Shown here in pieces: positions 29,449 to 39,500 of a stretch of 64,000 bases of DNA. Below the pieces are notes generated by a model. The model had not been told where the DNA came from and did not search any database. It was given only the letters and a program-made list of their open reading frames with translations. Every line of letters begins with the position of its first letter. Within the stretch, counting starts at the first letter, position 1. The position numbers and the translations under genes are program-made. This DNA comes from Methanobacteriota archaeon (GTDB lineage: Archaea; Thermoplasmatota; Thermoplasmata; SG8-5; JAGLSY01): positions 13,941 through 77,940 of the forward strand of contig JAEHCO010000006.1 of NCBI GenBank assembly GCA_020697715.1. Direction: 5' to 3'.

Positions 29449-31539
29449 ATGAAGATGAGAAAAATATTTGCGATCGCATTAGGAATGGTGATGTTATTGT
29501 CTATAACATCAATATTTGTAGTTGGTGACACCGAGCCAAATGATAGCTTCGCGGAAGCTGACTACACCTATGATGGCGACATAATAAGTGGGACATTGAA
29601 TGAATTTACAGATGAATATGACTATTACAGGATGTGGCTGACAGCGGATAATACCGTCAGTATCACCATGTCCAGTTATGCAGATGATTTCGATATGGAA
29701 CTCTATGATAGTGACATGGATTTCTCAATTGATGAATCTACAGATTGGGATTCGAATGAATTGATCATCTATACAGTATCTACAAGTGGATATTATTACT
29801 TAGAGGTCTATGCAGTTAGTGGCTCTGGCAGTTACACACTTTACATAAATGTGGAATCAGCTGCCTCGGATGATGGTAATGACGACTTCTGGGAAGCGGA
29901 TTACACCTATGATGGAGACACGATCTACGGATTATTGGATCAAAGCTCTGACTATGCGGATTATTATCGACTATGGGTGAGTGAGGATGAGACCATCACT
30001 GTCACCATGACAGGCACAGGGGATGACTTTGACATATTCCTGTATGATTACATGGAGAACAATGTCGATTATTCTGATAATAGTGGCACCTCCACCGAAG
30101 AGATAATCTACAAGGTTTTGTCAAGTGGTAATTACTACATAGAGGTCGTTGCATCGTCAGGAGATGGTGATTACACATTGAATGTAGATGCTGCTTATGA
30201 TCTAAGTGCCACTGGCTCCGGTCCAGCTGCCGATGTTCCAGATTGGAACGTGGGCCAGGAATGGGCCTTTGGAAACGTAGTGGATATAGAAAAGGTTCTG
30301 AATCCATATATTGAGGACACACTGACCCAATTGGATGCATTCGGCTTCGAGACCGTCTTTGATATAAATGGAGGAGCGGGATTACTATTTGGAATAGAAG
30401 TAACGGATGACAGCACCATGGTCAATGGAGAAGAGTGCTATGATACAACTGTGAACGCGGCTGTAGCCATTGACTTCGACATGGAGGCTTCTGTTGATGG
30501 AGCCACATCATTATTCGGCCCAAGGATCATCGCGGAAGGTGAAGGTACCGCATCCGGAGAAGGAGAGATCGTCGTAGCAGGAAACGTATACTTCACAAAA
30601 GACAAGCTGGCAATAGCAAAGATCGACCTTAAGATATCAGCTGAGATCGTTGCAGAGGCTTACATGGATGCTACCGTGACAGTCGATGGAGATACAGAGT
30701 TCATCGAATTTGATGCAGAGTTCTCTGCCGAAGATGTTGAGGTCAATTTGAAAATGAACTTTGATCCGCCAATAGACCTGTTCGACTTCCCTATAATGGA
30801 GGGTGATGTCTGGTATGTGCCTCATACAGGAACAGACACATGGGGAAGCGTAACCGCATCTGGTGTCGTTAGGATGGACGTGTCCGGAAATGGACCAGAT
30901 GGAGCAGTCATTAACGAGAGAGAGGTCGAATACCTGAATGACCTGAATGATGGTAACTTCGAAAGCTACATAGATGGTGGACCAGGACGATATGGTGGAG
31001 GCACCTTGTTCGAATGTACTGATCTTACTGGCGATGTTTACACTATCGAATATTACAATGACAACTCCATGGACATATTTGGAACCAGGCAAGACACTGG
31101 CATTATGAACACATTGAGCACTATCCAGGACTCGACAGCAGGTGTTCAGTTCGATGCTTCTTCCGGATTCGTAACCGGTATAACGGTCAATGGAGACACT
31201 ATAACGGATACCGCGACAATGGATGAGGTAGAGGACTTCACAGCAGATCCACAGGGAGAGGTCGATGAGGTCATTGACGGCGGCAGTGGAGCATTCGGCA
31301 TACTTCTGATAATCATCATAGTCGTTGTCGTTGCAGTTGTCATGATGGTGGTCATAATGAACAAGAAGAAATCAAAACAGCCACCACAACATCATCAGCC
31401 ACAGCCATACGGTGGGCAACAAAGCCATCAGCCTTATGATGGTCACCAGCAGCCACCACCACCGCCACAGCACACTCCTGAGCAATACCCGCCTCAGGAA
31501 AATCATCAGCAACCACCACCACCGCCACCACAATATTGA
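29449..31539 (+). CDS. Membrane-anchored surface protein with two PPC domains and Pro/Gln-rich cytoplasmic tail
   Basis: EPNDSF...DYYR...DFDMELYD...SGYYYLEV...GSYTL repeated twice; C-terminal TM; QQPPPPP tail. Confidence 0.8.
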   Translation: MKMRKIFAIALGMVMLLSITSIFVVGDTEPNDSFAEADYTYDGDIISGTLNEFTDEYDYYRMWLTADNTVSITMSSYADDFDMELYDSDMDFSIDESTDWDSNELIIYTVSTSGYYYLEVYAVSGSGSYTLYINVESAASDDGNDDFWEADYTYDGDTIYGLLDQSSDYADYYRLWVSEDETITVTMTGTGDDFDIFLYDYMENNVDYSDNSGTSTEEIIYKVLSSGNYYIEVVASSGDGDYTLNVDAAYDLSATGSGPAADVPDWNVGQEWAFGNVVDIEKVLNPYIEDTLTQLDAFGFETVFDINGGAGLLFGIEVTDDSTMVNGEECYDTTVNAAVAIDFDMEASVDGATSLFGPRIIAEGEGTASGEGEIVVAGNVYFTKDKLAIAKIDLKISAEIVAEAYMDATVTVDGDTEFIEFDAEFSAEDVEVNLKMNFDPPIDLFDFPIMEGDVWYVPHTGTDTWGSVTASGVVRMDVSGNGPDGAVINEREVEYLNDLNDGNFESYIDGGPGRYGGGTLFECTDLTGDVYTIEYYNDNSMDIFGTRQDTGIMNTLSTIQDSTAGVQFDASSGFVTGITVNGDTITDTATMDEVEDFTADPQGEVDEVIDGGSGAFGILLIIIIVVVVAVVMMVVIMNKKKSKQPPQHHQPQPYGGQQSHQPYDGHQQPPPPPQHTPEQYPPQENHQQPPPPPPQY

Positions 31540-31589
31540 GTTGCGGTACAGCAACTCCTGATGAGCCAGCGGTAATGGATAAATAAAAT

Positions 31590-31633
31590 ATCTGAGTGCG
31601 CGAAAAACGCACTCAGATCCCTTTTTACTTTTA
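31590..31633 (+). terminator. Hairpin plus T-tract
   Basis: ATCTGAGTGCG-cgaaaaa-CGCACTCAGAT followed by CCCTTTTTACTTTT. Confidence 0.75.
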
Positions 31634-31717
31634 TTGGAATTGTGATCATTATACATTATTCATATTATGTTCAGATATCTAACATGTTTTTAATAATTTA
31701 ATGCAATAGGACTCCCT

Positions 31718-33289
31718 GTGTTAATCTCCATTCTTGACGGATATACAGATGAACCTTCGAGGCTGGGAGTTCCTCCCTTCATAGCAGGATATCCAAGATA
31801 CATCGCGGGTGCTGTGATATCAGCTGGCCATGATGTAGAATACATCACCATCGATCAGTTGAGAAAGGGTCGTACACCTTCATCAGAACTGCTTTTCATA
31901 ATATCAAATGCGAATGTCCCGGGCAAGTATCTCAGAGGAACACCAATATCAGAAAGAGAGCTATTGCAGATAAGAAAAGACTTCAAAGGCCAGGTCCATG
32001 TATGGAGTTCCTTGGATGCAAAGGGCGACCCAGATGCCTTGGCCTATGACATTCTCACGAATGAATATGAAAAACCAAGAAGAAGAACATTAAAGGAATG
32101 GAAGAATTGGTCCGAAGCAGGAGCCAGTATGTTAGAACAGCATCCTGATTTCCCCCAGCCCGCGATCATGGAGATGGATATGTCCTTCGGATGTCCGAGA
32201 TATGTAACTGGAGGATGTAGTTTCTGCCCGGAGATCGGATTTGGCCAGCCTGTTTTCAGACCAATAGCGGATATAATATCCGAGATGCAAGCACTCGTCA
32301 AACAAGGAGCTACCAATTTCAGGTTGGGTGGCCAGTCCTGCCTTTTCACCTATATGACGGAAGAGCTGGGTGAGGATGCCCCGAGGCCGAATGTCAAGGC
32401 ACTGAAGGAATTATTCGAAAAGATCGGCCAGCTTGATGGCATCGAGATCCTGCATACTGACAATGCCAACCCGGGAATCATGGCCAGCCATCCGGAAGAC
32501 ACGAGGGAGATCCTCGAATCCCTTGTCAAGGTATGTACTGGAGGAAATTTACTCTCAATGGGCATGGAAAGCGCAGATCCAGCAGTCATAAAGGCGAACA
32601 ACCTCAATGCAACTCCTGACCAGGTCATGTCCGCGATCAGGATGGTAAATGATATCGGTGGCGAGAGGGCGGACAATGGAATGCCAAAACTGCTTCCGGG
32701 ATTGAACCTTGTCGCGGGCCTTGAAGGCGAGACTGTAGATACCTTCGACCTGAACTTCAAATTCCTCAAAGAGGTACTGGATGAGGGATTGATGTTGAGA
32801 AGGATCAATATAAGACAAGTGGCCTCCACAAGAAAGAATTTTGGGCCATCACGACTGAAAAAGGATTTTATCAGATTCAAGAACCTGGTGAGAGAGGAGA
32901 TAGATGCCCCTATGTTGAAGAAAGTGATACCCACTGGCACGATATTGAGAAATGTCTACATGGAGACCAATAGAGGCAAAAGGAGCTTTGGAAGGCAGAT
33001 CGGGACTTATCCGATACTTGTTGGTATGGAGTATGAAGTGGAATTGGAAAGATCGTTAGATCTCCGGATAGTATCACATGGACAGAGGAGCATCACCGGG
33101 ATAGAACATCCCTTTGATATCAATAAGGCGAAAATGCAGGCACTTGCCTCACTGCCAGGCATTGGGAAGAAAAGAGCGGCAAGGATAATCAGATCCAGAC
33201 CATATGGTTCGATTGAAGAATTGGAAAAGGTAATAGAAGATCCTTTGGTGATGGAAGGTCTTGAGGCCTTAGGCCTTGTGTTCAGATAG
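31718..33289 (+). CDS. Radical SAM protein with C-terminal helix-hairpin-helix (COG1031-like)
   Basis: ILDGYTDEP..LGVPP, CPRYVTGGCSFC, RRINIRQV and DIN.A....LASLPGIGKKRA motifs. Confidence 0.88.
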   Translation: MLISILDGYTDEPSRLGVPPFIAGYPRYIAGAVISAGHDVEYITIDQLRKGRTPSSELLFIISNANVPGKYLRGTPISERELLQIRKDFKGQVHVWSSLDAKGDPDALAYDILTNEYEKPRRRTLKEWKNWSEAGASMLEQHPDFPQPAIMEMDMSFGCPRYVTGGCSFCPEIGFGQPVFRPIADIISEMQALVKQGATNFRLGGQSCLFTYMTEELGEDAPRPNVKALKELFEKIGQLDGIEILHTDNANPGIMASHPEDTREILESLVKVCTGGNLLSMGMESADPAVIKANNLNATPDQVMSAIRMVNDIGGERADNGMPKLLPGLNLVAGLEGETVDTFDLNFKFLKEVLDEGLMLRRINIRQVASTRKNFGPSRLKKDFIRFKNLVREEIDAPMLKKVIPTGTILRNVYMETNRGKRSFGRQIGTYPILVGMEYEVELERSLDLRIVSHGQRSITGIEHPFDINKAKMQALASLPGIGKKRAARIIRSRPYGSIEELEKVIEDPLVMEGLEALGLVFR

Positions 33290-33337
33290 TATGCTGATTG
33301 ATAGGCCAGAAGATGGCTTTAGATGATCTTTTCATCA

Positions 33338-33439
33338 TTACAATATATCAAAAACAAACATTGCCGCCATCAGAAGCCCGAACATGAACAGTGGGAGACT
33401 ATTCATCAATTTCTCGCCTATGACCTTCAGCTTTTTCAT
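33338..33439 (-). CDS. Putative small single-TM protein (33 aa)
   Basis: MKKLKVIGEKLMNSLPLFMFGLLMAAMFVFDIL; TATA-like AATATATTAA about 26-35 nt upstream, consistent with a leaderless transcript. Confidence 0.4.
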   Translation of the reverse strand: MKKLKVIGEKLMNSLPLFMFGLLMAAMFVFDIL

Positions 33440-33504
33440 ATGGTCAAATGATGGAGGGTTCATGTTAATATATTGTGCGTTTTTATTATCATTTTTGGTT
33501 TCGT

Positions 33505-36500
33505 TCATTCATTCACTTCCTTTTTTTCCTTTCTTCTAAATCCTATAAATGTTATACCCATTATCCCCAGAGCCAATGGCAATATGGATGAGAATTCCGG
33601 AATTATGACAACGGTTATGGTTGCGGAGTCCGATTGCTCAGCGAACTGGTATCCACCAGGTGATGTGTAGTTAAGGGAAGCCCAGTTCGTTATGGTGCCA
33701 GCAGGTGCGAGAGCATCCACCAGGACAGTGATCGTGAGGGAATTGACCGTGTTCTTTCTCACATTGGGGAAATACCAGGAATAATCATCGACCACTATCG
33801 AATCAGGTGCCGAGCTGGAAGATACGTATGTCGTGCCAGCAGGTATGGTATCATTTATCCACACATTGGCAGGTGCCCCGCCTGTATTGTTGTACCAGAT
33901 GGTGTATACCACTTCTGTTCCAGGAGCGGCAGTGGTGGTGTTCGCCACCTTCACGATGGTGATATCAGGTCTCGCACATTCCGTGGATGCGCTATCTGAA
34001 TCACTGCCATAAGGAACTCCTGCGGCATCTGTGAAGTCCACATCCACATTATTTACGAGGTTGGTACCATCAGCCACTGTGTCATCCACCTGGACCACGA
34101 TGTCGAAGGTGATGGTGGTTCCGCCGGCCAGGTTCGTGAATGGATAGGTGTATGTCTGCCCATTTATAGTGGGGGATATACCACTTGTATCGCTTATGTA
34201 AGTGACACCAGTGGGCAGAGTGTCATTCAGCCAGACATACGCGGATGTTGCGGAATTCCTCTTATTCTCCAATGTGATGGTGTAGGAGATATAATCTCCA
34301 GGTTCGGCAGTCCGGAGATCCGCATCCTTAGAGACAGATACCTGAGGAACTGGAGGTGGTTTGGGCAATGGTACATCACCAGGAGGTGCGGAACGTGTCC
34401 CAGATGGCGCCTGAGCATTGTGAGACATCGTATCATCACTCTGATCTATCGAATGCTTCCAATCTGATATCTCGATGAATACCGAAAATTCATCCATGGA
34501 GTTCAGACCCATCATGGATAGAGGGATGCCCATTTCCATCCTGTGATAATCAAGATCAGATGATATGGTCCCAATATATTCCCATGGTATGGAATTGGTT
34601 GGCAAGTATGTGAAAAGTTCACTGGATATGATCTTATTGTTTCTTCCGGCGATCAGAACCATGTGATCCGCTCCCAAGATCCCACCTTTGTAATCACCTG
34701 TGCTTACATCGTTATCTGAGTCAATGAAGATGCTTAGATAGTCCTGTCCGATGATCTCCACATGCCCTATTGGGCCGATATATCTACTTATGAAGTTCCC
34801 TGAATAATTTGGGTCAAAGTCCAAAGGTATGGTCGTATTCAACCACATATCTGGACCATCATTATTGTAATCAATAACACCATCGCCATCAATATCCCCA
34901 TTGGAATTCTGGTCATCTATGCCATCATTATTGAAATCATAGGCATAGCTTCCATTTGGTCCATCGATATTGTTAGGGACACCATCATTGTCAGAATCCG
35001 GCAGAGGTGCAGGTGTGATGGGTGACACATTGGTAACAGGCGCAATGCCTGGACGATATCTTATCGTCGGCACATCCATGCCTCCCATTGCCACCCCAGA
35101 AAGTGAAGTGTATATCAACAGGCGATCATCCACTGACATCCTGTAATCTCCTATATCGACATTACGATTGATACGGCTGGTGTTGGTGTCCGAGGCACCA
35201 ACAACATCATTGGCTGCATCGATATTGCTTCCTATCCCAAGCCAATCTCCGAAAGCACCATCAATTTCGATGTTCTCCGGATCTCCAATATTGTGAACTG
35301 CTCCTGAATTCTCAGCAATATGTACCTTGATACCATCTGGAACCAGAACATCAGTAAGATAAACACCGACATTGGGGGCATCTGTGGATACAGGTATATC
35401 GAAGATCAGGAAGATGGATACCCGCTCTCCAGCCTCTATTGTCAAAGGCCTATCGAAATTAATAGTAAAATCACCACCATCACCTGTCATGGTGGTCTCC
35501 AATACCTGGTCACTGGAAGCATCGTATATCTGGTTGCCTTCATCCACAACCAGTCTGAGACCTATCATTTCTTCATAACCAAGCTCTCCCCTGGAGCTGA
35601 ATGCAAGGCCTTCGACATCCGAATCCAGACCAAAGCTCTCCAATAGTAAAAGGCTGGCATCATGATCTCCAGGCTGAATTATATCGCTGTCAACAGCCTC
35701 GGACATGCTCGCTCTCAATGTTCCTCTCAGGGGCGAGATTACAGAATCGGATATATCAAAGTGCCCGAAGGAATCCTGCATCATGATAGCATAAGATGGC
35801 TGGGATGAGGGTGTCAGTTCATCAAGGATCACCCTTATCTCCATCTCATTATCATTGACAGCTGCATTTGCTTCATGGGAGTATTCAAATGCATTCCAAT
35901 CATTATGATCCATATCATTATTGAACCTCTTCAGATCTATCTCGGATATTCTATTTCCCCATCCTTGAACATCCAGAAGTACATCCGCACCCATATTGGA
36001 TATCTCATATCCCGTGGACGTATCTGAGTCCGTGTCGATGAATATGAAAACAGAATCCAGACCTCTAACAGAATCACTTGATGAACCTCCCAGAAGATCA
36101 CCTTCGACCATGATGTAAAAGTACATGTTCGGAGGGCGGAAATTGACCCTTGTTTCAATGATGTTCAGATCATCATTGGATATCTGGTCAATTGAAGAAT
36201 CATGATAGGATGTGAATTCCCTCCACTCGGAGAAATCACCATCGATATCCATGCCATATGTGTCATCACCTATCATGGAATTGGTCAATATAGGAAGGAA
36301 CAACATGATGAATATCAGAGCGGCCATCATGGTCACTCTCATCCTCCAAGCGGATGACGCATTGGATTTGATGTTCTTACGGTGCGCCCTGCCCCGGTTA
36401 TTTGCGAGAGCATCACCATTTATCAGACCCATGCCATTTACAAGACCATTGACACGACCATTGACCAGTCCTGAGAGGCGGCCATTGATCAGGCCATTGG

Positions 36501-39500
36501 TGCTACCAGTGGCATGCCCGGTTGTTCCAAAAGCATGACCATTGATCATACCGCCAGAACCATTGATGAGGCCATTCACCCTGCCATTTACAAGACCATT
36601 AACACGGCCGTTCACAAGGCCATTGATGCCACCAATGACGCGACCATTGACCAGCCCATTGGTCCTTCCATTGGTCTTACCGTTCACGCGGCCATTGGTT
36701 TTCCCAAAGGCATGGCCATTTGTTCTTCCATTGACGTGGCCATTGGTCTTGCCGTTCACACGACCGTCGACTGTTCCGACAGCACGGCCATTGACCTTGC
36801 CATTCACACGCCCAGTCCCATTTATCAGACCTGCGGGCGTCTTGCCAGTTTTCTTAAGTGACTCTGCCTCGATCTCCTCATAGGAGCTATGGATCACCTG
36901 GTCATAGCATTCGAGAGCGGCCTCATGCAGACCCAGCTTATCCAATAATTCTCCCTTTTCCATAAGCAGGCTTTCAGTTCCCGGGAAAAGTTCCAGGTCT
37001 TTGTCTATGTCTATCAAGCGGGCTTTTATTATCCCAACACCCGGATCTGGAGCCTCATCCAGCTCGAGGTCCAGAAGATCGTCCTCATCATCGGGAATAA
37101 CAGATCCATGTAATATTTCCAATATCTGTTTTTTGTATTCCGGGGCCTTCTCATCATCTAACTCCGCTGCCTTATCATAGCATGATATTGCTTCATCAAA
37201 ACTGCCGGCCTTTGCCAGGAGCCTTGCTTTCCTTGCCCAGTGAATGTGATTATCTGGGTCTTCTTTGATCTTCTCATCCAGAGCATCCAAGTCCTCGAGG
37301 ATAATGACCTCGCCAATATCCATGTCTATATCTACGACATCGGGTAAAGAGAGATCATCATCGGTCTCATCTTCATCCATTCCAAGGAATTGTTTTATGA
37401 AGTCATCGGTCGGGCCAGAAGGTTTTGTATCCTCTTCTGGCTCATCACCAAGTTTTGACCAGCGAGATAGGAAATCTTTGGATATCCCTCTCTTTTCCTC
37501 TTTGGTCTCGAGCTCTGGCAGGATAAGATCAGATTCCATTTCCTCAAGAACATCCATTTCGGATAATTCTTCATCAGTATCGTCGTCTGCAAGTGAGTCC
37601 ACCATGGATCCCAGGCCGACCTTGGGATCGGGCTCGGCCTGATCAACTAGGATATCTGAATCGTCACCATCTGGCTCATCATCATCATCTTCCTCATCGA
37701 TCAAAATATCAATGGGATCGTCCAGGTCCAATGAGATATTTTCAATAATATCTTCATCAGAAATTATCTCGGATAATATTGGCTCATCGATATCAAGCTC
37801 AAGTTCATCTGTTTCCGTCGTGAATAGCTCGATGCCATCTATATCGAAGCTGTCATCCTGGGCGATGATATCCTCCAGGAGTTTTTCTCCCAGTATATCT
37901 CTTTCATCCAGATCATCAGATGCGGCATCTGCAGTTGCATCATCTTCAGATACTGCATCTGATTCGAATCCATCAAGAACATCCGCAATGTCCAGATCGA
38001 CAGCGATGTCCTCAAGGGTGATGATATCAGGTTCATCAATATCAAGTTCAAGCTCATCGGATACTTCCTCAGCATCACTTATTATGATCCCACAATCCGG
38101 GCATTCTGAAAGTTCTGCCTGGACAAAGGAGCCACAGCCAGGACACAGGTTGAGTTCCGAAACACTCTCCTCCCATTCCATATCCTGAATGAGCTGGGCT
38201 TCAGCATCCTTTTTATCACTCACCTCGACCAGAAGGTCAGAAAGCTCCTCGATCTCCCGTTCAGCCCTGACCTCTTTATCCAGGTCGATCTCCACATCCA
38301 GGTCTTCATCGTATACGGCTCCACAATTGGAACACTTGCCAGCATCCTCAGCCAGAAGAGCACCACATTCGACACATAGGAATATCTGGGTCTTCTCTTC
38401 CTTGTACCAGTATCCATCTGGTTCATCAGGATCTATACTGACATCATCGGATGGATCAAGCTGTGAGATAGGAATATCACCATCTGGCTCGAATTCCGCA
38501 TGGCATATGTCACAACTGCTTGCTCCGCCAGATAAGAAAGCACCGCAATTAGGGCAGAGAAATAGCTCAGCTTCATCCTTGTACCAATGGCCATCAAGAT
38601 CTGTATCGGTCTTTTCCACCAGCATGTCGGCCAGTTCCTCTGTATCCGCATCCAGCTCAAGAGCAGGTTCTTCAATATTGGGGTCGAACTTCACACCACA
38701 ATTATTACAACTACTGGCATCCTCAGAGATCAGTGCCCCACACTCGGGGCACATGAAGAACTGGCTCTTCTCCTCTTTGTACCAGAAGCCATCTGGAGCA
38801 TCTGGATCCCTCGCAATTTCAGGTTCCATATCCGTATCTGGCTCGACCTCTCCATCATCAGCCTCGAACACTATGCCACAGTATTGACAACTATCAGCGG
38901 CAGAAGATATGAAAGACCCACAATTGGGACAGAGAAATAGCTCGACCTCATCCTTGTACCAGTGGCCATCCAGCTCATCCAGGTCAGATGATCCTCCCTC
39001 CAGTTCATCATCGTGGAGGAGCATATCTGCCAGTTCTTTTAACTCACTGCCATCTTCAATAGATATGGCAGTTCCCAATTCGATCTGATCATCATCGATG
39101 CCATGGTCATCATCGAGATCAAGGTCCGCATCTGCGATCATGGTCAATTCATCTGTCAGGATGTCCTCATCTTCAGACCCTATTGGGACGGTTGCTTCAT
39201 CTGCACTCGCAACCTCTTCTTCATCATGGCTGGTGAACTCTTCCAACATATCGAGTATGTCTGGATCGGATGTCGTGGTCTCTGGCGGAAGTGGTTCCTT
39301 ATCAAGCTCCGATCTTAGCTTTTCTTCTGTAAATGACAGGCCACATGTATCACATTCCGAGGCATTTCCGGATATAAATGCACCACAATCAGGACATAGG
39401 AATAGCTCGGCCTTGTCCCTGTACCAGAAGCCATCTATGTCATCATTCTTTTCCTCTTTTTCAGTGCCATCGACCAATAGGTCCATAAGGTCTTCCGACT

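Noticed and set aside
31538-31590. Hammerhead ribozyme or C/D sRNA (CTGATGA after a hairpin)
   Set aside because: No properly placed GAAA core after stem II; box C/D spacing and termini unconvincing
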